In this document: positions 1-13,400 of the stretch, in pieces
Numbering within the stretch: the first letter of the stretch is position 1
Layout of the letters: each line of letters begins with the position of its first letter
NCBI RefSeq assembly: GCF_964355755.1
Contig: NC_092671.1
Coordinates: forward strand, 40,744,304-40,808,303
Source of the DNA: Antedon mediterranea
Lineage: Eukaryota > Animalia > Echinodermata
Reading direction: 5' to 3'
Length of the DNA stretch: 64,000 nucleotides
Notes under the pieces: model-generated
Database searches by the model: none
What the model was told of the DNA's origin: nothing
The model's input: only the letters and a program-made list of their open reading frames with translations
Position numbers and translations under genes: made by a program

Positions 1-3000
1 ATTTGGCAGTAAGCTTGCCATGCATCAACAAGTTGATAAAGTAGCTTTTACTGGCTCTACACAGGTATTCTTATTGTTCTAAAAAAGCTATTTTAATAAT
101 GTGATAATAATGCAGTAGTAGAATAACATTAACGGATGTGTTTAGAATGGGATTTTAAGATAATGCAGTTCTTTCATAAGATGATAGTTTTGCAACAAAG
201 CTTTTCTGCCGGCTGGGACGTCCCATCGAAAGCGTTTGAGTTCGCTGAGACCCCGGGCTCTAGCATGTGTGAATGTGTGTTATTGTTGTATTGTAAAATC
301 AGGAATGAATTGAATTAAATTAAGCATCAAGTTTTTAGCTTTTTTGGTTTCGCCACTCTTATTTTAAATAATTTATTTACTTTGTACATAAAAAAGAAAA
401 GATAAATAAATGTTCTGAAATGAAAAATGAAATACATTGCTGTAGACCTGATAATGATTACATTGCTGTAGACCTGATAATGATTACATTGCTGTAGACC
501 TGATAATGATTACATTGCTGTAGACCTGATAATGATTACATTACATTGCTGTAGACCTGATAATGATTAAATTGCTGTAGACCTGATAATGATTAAATTG
601 CTGTAGACCTGATAATGATTACATTGCTGTAGACCTGATAATGATTACATTGCTGTAGACCTGATAATGATTACATTGCTGTAGACCTGATAATGATTAC
701 ATTGCTGTAGACCTGATTGATTACATTACATTGCTGTAGACCTGATAATGATTACATTGCTGTAGACCTGATAATGATTACATTGCTGTAGACCTGATAA
801 TGATTACATTGCTGTAGACGTGATAATGATTACATTACATTGCTGTAGACCTGATAATGATTACATTGCTGTAGACCTGATAATGATTACATTGCTGTAG
901 ACCTGATAATGATTACATTACATTGCTGTAGACCTGATAATGATTACATTACATTGCTGTAGACCTGATAATGATTACATTACATTGCTGTAGACCTGAT
1001 AATGATTACATTAAATTGCTTTAGACCTGATAATGATTACATTACATTGCTGTAGACCTGATAATGATTACATTACATTGCTGTAGACCTGATAATGATT
1101 ACATTACATTGCTGTAGACCTGATAATGATTACATTGCTGTAGACCTGATAATGATTACATTACATTGCTGTAGACCTGATAATGATTACATTACATTGC
1201 TGTAGACCTGATAATGATTACATTATTACATTGCTGTAGACCTGATAATGATTACATTACATTGCTGTAGACCTGATAATGATTACATTAAATTGCTGTA
1301 GACCTGATAATGATTATATTACGTTATAGGTTGGACAAATCTTAAGAAAGTTGACAGCTGGCTCTGGTAAGAAATTGTCTTTAGAGCTTGGCGGAAAGTC
1401 ACCAGTGGTAGTGTTTGAATCGGCTGATCTTGATAGCACTGTTGAAGGGATAGTTGATGCTATATGGTTCAACCAAGGCCAAGTAAGGAGGATATTGTCA
1501 ATTTATTTTGAAGCAGTGCATTTTAAAATGGCATTATATGCAAAATAAAAAAATTGATTGATTGATTATTCCTGTTTTTATCATTAAAGTTCAATTTTTT
1601 TATAGTAGTTTAATTAGTGTTTATCTGTTTGAAAGTGCTCCAGCATTATTAATAACTTTGTAGCCTAGACTCTTCTACTCATATGTAGAATCTATAACGG
1701 GTATTTTACATTTCAGGTTTGCAGTGCTGGGTCTCGTCTAATTGTGCAAGAGACTGTATTAGAGGAACTTGTTGATAAATTGAAAGAAAGAATGAAACAC
1801 CTTAGGCTAGGTCACTCTTTGGATAAAGCCATTGATATGGGTCCTATTGTGGACCCATCCCAAAAGAAATCTATTAGTGATTATGTTGAAAGAGCTAGAA
1901 AGGAAGGTGCTGAGGTAAGTGTATAATCAAATAAAGTGAATGAATTCATTATAGGTTCATTATTTTATTTATTTATTATCATTATTATTTATTTATTTGG
2001 AATTACACCTTTAGATCAGTGGCACACTTATCACAAAGGTGCATCCTTCACAAACAATATAAAATATAACAATTAATTTACATACAGAAAAGTATAAAGG
2101 CAAAAAAACAACTCCTAACCTATCCCCTACCCCTCCGCACCCCAACTAATTTTAATCGATACATACAGTAGAGAATTACTTTACACAAATGAATACAAAA
2201 CAAAATATAGTAAAAGTGTATTAAATAAACATCACACAGCTTATTACTTATTACAAACACCCGCCAACCCCCCCCCCCCCTTATTATTATTGTTATCTAG
2301 TTGTATATAACCATTATTTATGCATTATATTGTGTGAATGTTTTTGTAGGTGTATCAGGTGCCAGGGTGCTTGCCTAAAGAGGGTTGTTATTATCCTCCT
2401 ACACTAATAACAAAGGTGCAAACTTCATCAGTTGTTGTCATGGAAGAGGTAATTTGAAACGTTGTACACATTTTTAACAACTTATAATAATAATAATAAT
2501 AATAATGATAAATAATAATAAGATTTATACAGCGCACATATCCACAAAAGTGCTCAAGGCGCTTGTGAAAACCATGAAACATATTAAAGACCCCTTCCCT
2601 GCAATTTTGGACGTTTTTTGGAAAATAATACATATATATCACTTTAAAAACATTAAACCATGTCATTCCTTGTCTTAAATGTACGTTTTATAGTAAATTA
2701 TGATAAAAAGTGAAAAACAATGCACTACCTAAGTAGCTCGCGGCGATCGACCTCTCGTGGACGGTCTTAGGCCTAGCCTAGCTAGGCTTAGTTTTGTAGG
2801 CCTAGCTGGTAAACATCGGTAACGTACGAACATCGTACGCTAGCTATATACCTAGCCTGACGTTGTATAGTTGCTGCATTAATTGTCTTTCTATTTTTGC
2901 CAGACTCCGTTGATACAAATTGGGGAAAACCCGGTATTTTCGCTGAAAAGTTAGGAGTCTTCCATTTGTTTTGGCCTCACGATCGATCGAAAAGTGGGCG

Positions 3001-6000
3001 AATTACAGGTGAAAAACAAAAATATCAATCCGCGCGCAATGCATTTTGGGATTTATAGCGGGCCGCTATAATTATTAGAATCGACTTATTTTTCACATTT
3101 TTAACCGTTTAAAGACGAAAAAAGTTATCGCAATAGGACCATATAGTATTATTTTTACATTAAATATAGTTTGTGATCTTAAATTAGATCTAAAAAACGT
3201 AGGGAATGGGGCTTTAACCTTAAACCTAAATACAACTGATAATTTTGACAAAAACCGAAATAAAAACAAGACCAATCGAACCCACATCACTGCTTCCGTT
3301 TAATTAAGTGGGTGAGTGGCCGAGCGGTTAAGACAGTGGAACCGTAATCACGTAGCCATAACATCGGCAGGGGTTCGAGGCTCACTCACTCCATGGTTCT
3401 GGTGGTAGAACGAGTCTTCTCGGATAAGGACTATAAACCGTAGGTCCAGTGTACACAACTTGCTTGTGTGCACTTTAAAGAAGCTAGTACATCTTTCGAG
3501 ACGAGTAGGGGGTTACCCCGGTGTATTAGTACATCACAGCCACTGATCACCAACTGGGCCCTCTGGGAGACCAGTCTTTGACTGAAGAGGTTACCCAGTA
3601 TAAATATATATTTCAATTAATCAAGCAATTTAAGGTGCATAGACCAGCCAGTACATAACTCACAGGTGTTCTCAGTGATGTGGATATTTAGCAAAACAAA
3701 TTAAAATCTAACAAATTGCCAAAAGCAGCCTACAGCAGATGTGTCTTAAGCGCACTCTTGAAAACATCAGTAGACTTATAAATTATAATGTTCATTTTTC
3801 CTTTAAATAAAGCATCAATCTTAATTTTTAAATAATTTTTTCAAAATTTATTAGTAAAGGAAGAATTAAAATATCAGATTTAATAACAAACTTTGAATGC
3901 CAATAGATATTTGGTCCTGTGCTTGTGGTTCTGGCTTTTAGGACTGCCAAAGAGGCCATTGCATTGGGAAACAATACAAATTATGGACTGGCGGCAAGTG
4001 TATGGACAGAAAATGTGTCATTAGCTATGGAGGTGGCACTTAGCCTTAAAGCAGGAGCAGTCTGGATTAATGCTCACAATATGTTTGATGCTGCAGCTGG
4101 ATTTGGAGGCTACAAACACAGTGGATATGGTAGAGATGGAGGAAAAGAGGTATGTCTTCAATAAATTATTTATTACAATGTATCTTGGTATACAAAAAAA
4201 ACCAGTGATCACTTAGTTTATGATTGTATTGATAATTGAATTATTAAATTAGCGGTATACCATGTAATTTGTAAAAAATATCAGTTAATGTCACCAAATA
4301 AAAATCTGTAAAATTGTCATGTAGTAGGTGTGGTTTTACCAACCAAGTCTGATAATGAAAGCAGTATGTTTGACAATGTTAATAGCATTATTTGTATTCT
4401 TAGGGTTTATATGAATATGTTAGTCCAGCTTGGCAAGATCGACCTTGTCCACAACCAGTTGAAGATGATTTAAAGACATTTGGAGTCACCGTACCATCCA
4501 CCCCAAGCAATTCATCTTTAACAGATTTTATCACAGTTGATGGGGTTAGCGTACCAAGGTAATCTCAACATAATTTTCGATAGTTAAATGGAGTTTTAAA
4601 AACTTTTTTTAGACATTTTGATTGAATATTAAATCACACATACAAATTGTACTTGACAGTATTGATCACACATACACATTGTACTTGACAGTATTGATCA
4701 CACATACACATTGTACTTGGCAGTATTGATCACACATACACATTGTACTTGACAGTATTGATCACACATACAAATTGTACTTGACAGTACTGATCACACA
4801 TACACATTATACTTGACAGTATTGATCACACATACAAATTGTACTTGACAGTATTGATCACACATACAAATTGTACTTGACAGTATTTATTGATCACACA
4901 TACCCATTGTACTTGACAGTATTGATCACACATACACATTGTACTTGACAGTATTGATCACCCATACACATTATACTTGACAGTATTGATCACACATACA
5001 AATTGTACTTGACAGTATTGATCACACATACACATTGTACTTGACAGTATTGATTGCACATACAAATTGTACTTGACAGTATTGATCACACATACAAATT
5101 GTACTTGACAGTATTGATCACACATACCTATTGTACTTGACAGTATTGATCACACATACACATTGTACTTGACAGTATTGATCACCCATACACATTATAC
5201 TTGACAGTATTGATCACACATACACATTGTACTTGACAGTATTGATCACCCATACACATTGTACTTGACAGTATTGATCACACATACACATTATACTTGA
5301 CAGTATTGATCACACATACAAATTGTACTTGACAGTATTGATCACACATACAAATTGTACTTGACAGTATTGATCACACATACCCATTGTACTTGACAGT
5401 ATTGATCACACATACACATTGTACTTGACAGTATTGATCACACATACACATTGTACTTGACAGTATTGATCACACATACAAATTGTACTTGACAGTATTG
5501 ATCACACATACACATTGTACTTGACAGTATTGATCACACATACCCATTATACTTGACAGTATTGATCACACATACACATTGTACTTGACAGTATTGATCA
5601 CACATACACATTGTACTTGACAGTATTGAACCCCCCTACACATTATACTTGACAGTATTGATCACACATACACATTATACTTGACAGTATTGATCACACA
5701 TACACATTGTACTTGACACTATTGATCACCCATACACATTGTACTTGACAGTATTGATCACACATACACATTATACTTGACAGTATTGATCACACATACA
5801 CATTGTACTTGACAGTATTGATCACCCATACACATTGTACTTGACAGTATTGATCACACATACACATTATACTTGACAGTATTGATCACACATACAAATT
5901 GTACTTGACAGTATTGATCACACATACACATTGTACTTGACAGTATTGATCACACATACCCATTGTACTTGACAGTATTGATCACACATACACATTGTAC

Positions 6001-9000
6001 TTGACAGTATTGATCACACATACACATTGTACTTGACAGTATTGATCACATATACACATTGTACTTGACAGTATTGATCACCCATACACATTATACTTGA
6101 CAGTATTGATCACACATACACATTATACTTGACAGTATTGATCACACATACAAATTGTACTTGACAGTATTGATCACACATACAAATTGTACTATGGAGG
6201 AGCTCAGAAAAGACCAGATGGGAACTACTCAAGATCAGTAAGGAATGTTTCTGGTGGATTAGTAACACTTGTTGCAGATGGAAACAGAAAAGATATCAGA
6301 AATGCAGTAGAAGCAGCTCACAAAGCTGCCCCAGGGTATGGACATGTATTTACTCTGTTCAAGTTTAAGATGACACAATTCAGATTCTCACATTAACAAT
6401 TGCCCAGAAATAGTTCTTTACACAAAGGTCTTAGTTTTTTTTAAATGTGTAAACAATCTAACTACTTCAATAATAGGACCAGAAAACTCAATTTTCTTGA
6501 TAAAGAAAATAAAGTACACATTTTAGAAAGATTTAATAGAAATGTTATTAAACATGTAAAATACAAATAAAATCATAAATTACATTGTTATAACAATATT
6601 TGTTAACAGGTGGGGAAAACGAGCCGCTCACAACCGGGCTCAAATTGTTTACTACATGGCTGAAAATCTAGAACTAAGACGAGATGAGGTTGCAAAGAGA
6701 ATGTCTCTTGCAAGAGGTAGAACTCTAGAAGAAACTCTTAAGGAAGTGGACTTGGCCATTAGGAGGCTGTTTTACTGGGGAGCATATGCAGACAAATTTG
6801 GTGGTACAGTTCAAGTAGGTAACCTGCCATTCGCTTAGAAAAAAACAAGATTTTAAGCTACGATATGGAACATATCATTTGAGATAAGATAAAGATAAGA
6901 TAATAAGATTTATAAAGCACACATATCCACAAAGTGCTCAAGGTTCTTATACTCAAGGCGAGTATACTTTATCCTGAAGGTACAATTGATTGATTGTATC
7001 CGGATATTGACGCATACTAATTTGAATAATACATTATTTTACAGGAAACTTTACTTTATGGTGCCACAGTAAAGATCCATGAACCTGTTGGCGTTATAGG
7101 TATCGCATGTCCTTCCCAGAATCCTCTGCTGTCTTTTGTCTCCTTGTTTGCACCAGCTGTTGTCAGAGGAAACACAGTTGTTGTCATACCTAGTGATGAG
7201 TACCCAGTTGCTGCCTTGGATTTCTATCAGGTAATCCTTTTTTGAAATATTTCTAATATATTCCTGGTGGAGCCTGTGTTAAAGCTCTTTGAGCTTATTT
7301 TGTCTCTCCAGACACAATAAATAATTTACTGCATTATGTTTATCGTACCTATGAATATTGCTTTGTGTGAATAAAAATAATTCTTAGTGTTTAGCAGGCT
7401 TTTTTGGAACTTCGTTTTTTAGCACTTAATTTAGAACCATAATAATAATGTAGTACAGTAGGCTGATTCTTTCTCTGGAACTTAATTTAGAACCATAATA
7501 ATAATGTTTAGTAGGCTGATTCTTTCTCTGGAACTTAATTTAGAACCATAATAATAATGTTTAGTAGGCTGATTCTTTCTCTGGAACTTAATTTAGAACC
7601 ATAATAATAATGTTTAGTAGGCTGATTCTTTCTCTGGAACTTAATTTAGAACCATAATAATAATGTTTAGTAGGCTGATTCTTTCTCTGGAACTTAATTT
7701 AGAACCATAATAATAATGTTTAGTAGGCTGATTCTTTCTCTGGAACTTAATTTAGAACCATAATAATAATGTTTAGTAGGCTGATTCTTTCTCTGGAACT
7801 TAATTTAGAACCATAATAATAATGTTCAGTAGGCTGATTCTTTCTCTGGAACTTAATTTAGAACCATAATAATAATGTTTAGTAGGCTGATTCTTTCTCT
7901 GGAACTTAATTTAGAACCATAATAATAATGTTTAGTAGGCTGATTCTTTCTCTGGAACTTAATTTAGAACCATAATAATAATGTTTAGTAGGCTGATTCT
8001 TTCTCTGGAACTTAATTTAGAACCATAATAATAATGTTTAGTAGGCTGATTCTTTCTCTGGAACTTAATTTAGAACCATAATAATAATGTTTAGTAGACT
8101 GATTCTTTCTCTGGAACTTAATTTAGAACCATAATAATAATGTTTAGTAGGCTGATTCTTTCTCTGGAACTTAATTTAGAACCATAATAATAATGTTTAG
8201 TAGGCTGATTCTTTCTCTGGAACTTAATTTAGAACCATAATAATAATGTTTAGTAGACTGATTCTTTCTCTGGAACTTAATTTAGAACCATAATAATAAT
8301 GTTTAGTAGGCTGATTCTTTCTCTGGAACTTAATTTAGAACCATAATAATAATGTTTAGTAGGCTGATTCTTTCTCTGGAACTAAATTTAGAACCATAAT
8401 AATAATGTTTAGTAGACTGATTCTTTCTCTGGAACTTAATTTAGAACCATAATAATAATGTTTAGTAGGCTGATTCTTTCTCTGGAACTTAATTTAGAAC
8501 CATAATAATAATGTTTAGTAGACTGATTCTTTCTCTGGAACTTAATTTAGAACCATAATAATAATGTTTAGTAGGCTGATTCTTTCTCTGGAACTTAATT
8601 TAGAACCATAATAATAATGTTTAGTAGGCTGATTCTTTCTCTGGAACTAAATTTAGAACCATAATAATAATGTTTAGTAGACTGATTCTTTCTCTGGAAC
8701 TTAATTTAGAACCATAATAATAATGTTCAGTAGGCTGATTCTTTCTCTGGAACTTAATTTAGAACCATAATAATAATGTTTAGTAGGCTGATTCTTTCTC
8801 TGGAACTTAATTTAGAACCATAATAATAATGTTCAGTAGGCTGATTCTTTCTCTGGAACTTAATTTAGAACCATAATAATAATGTTTAGTAGGCTGATTC
8901 TTTCTCTGGAACTTAATTTAGAACCATAATAATAATGTTTAGTAGGCTGATTCTTTCTCTGGAACTTAATTTAGAACCATAATAATAATGTTCAGTAGGC

Positions 9001-9520
9001 TGATTCTTTCTCTGGAACTTAATTTAGAACCATACTTTTAGAATGTAAGGTCTTGCCAGGAGTAAAAAATAAAAACTTAAACAATCTTTATTCTTCTCCT
9101 TTATGTATAATTTTCCTTACACATTTCAATCCATTGCACAGTTTCAGGTCAAAACCATACATTTTAATATACTGTAGCTTCTCATATTTTATAAAAAAAC
9201 TAATTTATTTTTCTAATAAGGTATTTGAAACATCAGATCTACCAGCTGGTGTAGTGAATATTATAACAGGAGACCACGCCCATCTTACTAAGTACCTAGC
9301 TGAGCATCAAGACATACAAGCTATGTGGTATTTTGGTACAGCCTTTGGGTCAAAATATGTAGAACATATCTCTGCTGAAAACTTAAAACGTACATGGGTT
9401 GATTATGGTTTAGTTCGTGATTGGACATGTAAAGAACAAGGACAGGGTGAAGAATTCTTATATCAGTCAACACAGGTGAAAAATGTATGGATTCCAATGG
9501 GTGAAACATTTGCTAATTAG
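1..9520 (+). CDS. ALDH16A1: Aldehyde dehydrogenase family 16 member, 5'-truncated by the window
   Basis: Exons: <1-64, 1330-1482, 1717-1914, 2350-2448, 3907-4149, 4404-4558, 6168-6335, 6610-6814, 7045-7230, 9221-9520; all GT-AG and phase-compatible. Motifs [47 protein letters not shown] second truncated ALDH-like half follows ([38 protein letters not shown]), which is typical of ALDH16. Confidence 0.92.
432..1320. repeat. Intronic minisatellite, 26/31-bp unit (TACAT)TACATTGCTGTAGACCTGATAATGAT, about 31 copies
   Basis: Visible directly; ends about 9 nt before the acceptor AG at 1328-1329. Confidence 0.97.
2588..3213. mobile_element. Non-autonomous DNA transposon, Kolobok-like
   Basis: TTAA|AGACCCCTTCCCT ... 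AGGGAATGGGGCT|TTAA: imperfect terminal inverted repeats with AG..CT ends and a TTAA target duplication. Confidence 0.7.
3308..3612 (+). mobile_element. tRNA-derived SINE with Deu/Nin-like central domain
   Basis: A box TGGCCGAGCGG, B box GGTTCGAGGC. Core TCTTCTCGGATAAGGACTATAAACCGTAGGTCC...GAGTAGGGGGTTACCCCGGTGT resembles the DeuSINE domain as recalled. Sister copies near 29254 and 60889. Confidence 0.85.
4633..6193 (+). repeat. 32-bp tandem array (TATTGATCACACATACAMATTGTACTTGACAG), about 48 copies, spanning a splice acceptor
   Basis: The last copy is the start of the coding exon at 6168 (IDHTYKLY). Confidence 0.97.
7424..9034. repeat. Intronic 53-bp tandem array, about 30 near-identical copies
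   Basis: Unit GGCTGATTCTTTCTCTGGAACTTAATTTAGAACCATAATAATAATGTTTAGTA. Confidence 0.97.
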
Positions 9521-10433
9521 ACTACAGTTTTTGTTTTTGGGTGTTTTTTTAATAAATTTTTCTTTTTGAAACTATTTGTGGAAAAACAGGAATTTTAATT
9601 TAAAATGGTGAAAATATATATAGTGAGTAGATTATTTTGCTGAATTTATCCCATTATCACCCTCGTTTGATATTGTATATATGAATAAAATCTTGATTTG
9701 GATGTTCTTCCACAAGCCTCTACTAAAAGATAGTAACGTAAAACACAAACAAATTGCAACAGAACTACAGCTTGAAATAGAGAAATTAGAATAAACATAA
9801 AAATCATAATTTACAATGTTCTGTACAAAATACAAATATAACAATGGTACAGTTCTGTTTGATGGTGGGAAAAGTAAACCAAAAATGAATCATGAGAAGC
9901 TTTAGCAGAGCACTACGATATTATTATGATAAAAACATACCCTGTGTGTAAACCCACAAATGCTGCATTGGCTCAGCAGGCAATGCAACCAGTTCAAACA
10001 CAAGTATTTTTTATCAATGCGATATAAATCGGATTTAGGATTTCTTGGTATACTACAATACCAGTATGTATAAATGTATTTAGAAAAGTGTATAACCATC
10101 AAACATAAAATAAAAACCATGGTTTAACAAAATGATTGGATTGTGTGTCGTTTATATTGTCTTTTGTTCACAAGAGAATATTGTATAAAAAAATCAAATA
10201 TTGTGTAGTTTTTGATAACATCAAAATTTCCTTCATCCATGGAGTTATGCTTCATCAAATCAAAACCGACACGAGAAAAAACGACATGCATCATGAGCTT
10301 CTTTTAGAATGCATAAATGGCACTCCATAGACCAACCAACAGATTTACCGTATCTATAACTTAAATCTGGTAAGGGGGCCCCTTTCGGCATAGGCCTAGA
10401 AACTATGCTTTATTCAAGTTAAGCAATTGTATA

Positions 10434-13400
10434 ATGTTTCCTACAGTTTACGCAGCCAGACGGCTTTTGTTTGGTTCAAGAATTGTGTTGAGAAATGTTA
10501 GCCAATTTAAGCCTAGGCCTAGTGGTAGTAGGTCTGGGCTATCATTTTGTCAAAATACATCGCTTGGTGAGTGGTGGTTGTTGACACATGGATCGACCGG
10601 CTCGAGACGCAGAGTGGGCCTAGGATTCCCATGTGTACATTTATTTAATTCTAACTGTATGAAAATCATCATCCGAAGTTACATACGAAGCCGAAGGTAA
10701 GGATTACATAGAGGTGGGGGTTGGACGTATTGTTGAATTTTGTTGTATGATTTATTTTTATTTTTTTTTCGAAATATTCTATAAACCAACTTTGATTTCG
10801 GCTACCGGGTATGGAACGCCCAATTACATGGTGCGCCACGCTCGCCAAACGTTATCCTCATTTCTCTGCCGCCAGCGAATGTAATTGAATGCTGTGATTG
10901 ATGTATGGTGTTGGTGCATCAGGTTAACCCATTGTGCATTAAGATTATTTTCTATTTTGATATTGAGAAAAAGCAATTGAAATATATTAGAAATAGTAGT
11001 ATTCTTATGAAATAACCTGTGTGTACAATTTCTGTAGATTCTTTATTACGAGTATGTTGAGAAGTCCCGTGAGAAGTTCAAGACAGTTCAGTAGATTGCA
11101 GACATCAGCTACAAAACGACCAAAATGTGTGATGTTTATCCTGGGGTCAGCAGTCGGGATTTCAAAACTAAATGTTGCTGAATGTGGAATTAATACAAAA
11201 GGTAGCACTCGTCTCCTAGTCTCTACAGACGCCAAAGAAAAAACGACACAAGCGAGATTTCATTTACAAGAATTCTTCAAGTTGCTATACCCTGAAATTT
11301 TCTCATTGATACTGGCAGTTATAGTAAGTATAAATGTCAAAACTAAATATTTGTTAATTCATTTCAAGAAAAAAAGTTTTTTTATGACATAAAAAAAAAA
11401 TAACTAGATAACATGAAAAAATGAATTATTTAGAACGAAAAAATGACAAAATCAGAAGAAAAAATGATTAAGGTTTCTGTTTAAATATTTTTGTTCTCTC
11501 TTTTGTTATTTTTAAATTGAGAATGTATTATTGTAAGTTGATCATGGCCTAGTAGAAGAACATCTTTATGACACAAGCTTTTCCGTGTTAAAATAAAGTA
11601 TTTTTTATTATTATATTACAATATGTTTTATCTGAACATAGACTGCCATTGGTGCTGCAATAGTGAATGTTCAAATTCCTATACTACTTGGTGAACTAAT
11701 ACAAGTTGTGTCAAAGTTCACTGTAGAAACCGAAGCAAATTTTATGAGTGAAATATACACGCCAGCAATTAAACTGTTAACAGCTTATGGTCTTCAGTCC
11801 ATTGCCACGTTTGGCTATATCACATTGTTGTCTAGCATTGGAGAGCATGTTGCATCACACATGAGGAAAGACTTATTTAATTCTTTAATCCAACAAGACA
11901 TACAGTTCTTTGATACACACAAAACAGGAGAATTAATTAACAGGTATATTTACTTCTTTTTCTTGAATGAAACTTTTGACTAGGAAGCTAATACTACTAC
12001 AATGAATAGCTGTAATTGTGCTGTAAATAAATTGAAGTAATCTAATACTTAACTTACATAAGCATGTTATTTTTCCAGGTTAACTGCTGATGTTCAGGAT
12101 TTTAAAAGTTCTTTTAAATTATGCATTTCACAAGGCGTTCGTAGTTCAACTCAGGTAAGCAAACTGCACCAAGGATTACAACACTGTAGTAAACCAAGAT
12201 TGGGAAAAGCAAGACTCATTACATTGAATTCATGTATTTTAGAGTATATTCTTTAATAATTATGATATTTATTGAACAGATAGTTGGTTGTGTTGTTTCA
12301 TTGTATTGGATCTCACCTCAGTTAACCGGTGTAATGGTTGTTGTTATGCCGTGTCTCGTGCTTGGTGGTGCTATTGTTGGCGTGGTTTTAAGGAAACTCT
12401 CAAAAACTGTACAAGAGCAGGTAGGTCTATTACTATTGTAATAATCAGTAAATCCTAAATCCGGAGAGAAAACTAAAACCAGATGACATTTTAAAATGTA
12501 TTTTTCTAGATTGCCATAGCAACATCGGTAGCTGATGAAGCCCTTGGTAATGTACGTACTGTACGTGCATTCGCTATGGAAACTAAAGAGGCCCAGTTGT
12601 ATGCGACAGAGGTTGACAAGTGTAGCAAACTGAATGAACAACTTGGATTTGGTATAGGTGTCTTTCAAGGCCTTACTAACTTTGTTCTTAATGGTAATAT
12701 TTTTAGATTCTCTGATATGTTATTATAAATAAAGCAGTCAATATGTCAATTTATGAAATTGCTTTGTGTTTGTGAAGATGACAAATGTTAAGCTAATCAA
12801 TGTTAAGCTGCTAATCATTTGTGACAAATGTTAAGCTGCTAATCATTTGTGACAAATGTTAAGCTGCTAATCATTTGTGACAAATGTTAAGCTGCTAATC
12901 ATTTGTGACAAATGTTAAGCTGCTAATCATTTGTCTTGCTGGAATGTACTACTTATAGTACTAGAGCATGAATGACTTAGTATATTCTTGTCATTTTATT
13001 TTCATTTCATTTTATCCTTTAATTTTTCACCCATTGTTACAATTGAATGTACTATAGCATAATCAACTTAAGCCTGAATATTATGCGATGTGAAACCCTC
13101 ACCAAATACCAGAGTATTTTTCATGAGTTGAAAGCCTGACTGTTCTTATACACCTAGGAAAAGCCAAATCGTTTTTCAGTCTTTCAAATGTTGATCAACC
13201 ATTATTTGTATATTGTTCACTACTCGCAACATTTGTTATTTATCAGGGGTTGTTCTTGGTGTGCTTTACTGTGGAGGATTTCTAATGGCCAATAAGAAGC
13301 TGGAGCCAGGTGACCTCATGTCATTTCTTGTAGCTTCTCAAACAGTGCAGCGGTCAATGGCTAGCATGTCGATTCTGTTTGGTCAAGCAGTTCGTGGTAT

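Noticed and set aside
4633-6193. CRISPR-like 32-bp repeats
   Set aside because: No spacers, no cas genes, and the context is a eukaryotic intron.
10561-10572. GTGAGT donor in ABCB8 exon 1
   Set aside because: It is phase 1, while exon 2 needs phase 2; AG|GTAAGG at 10696 fits.
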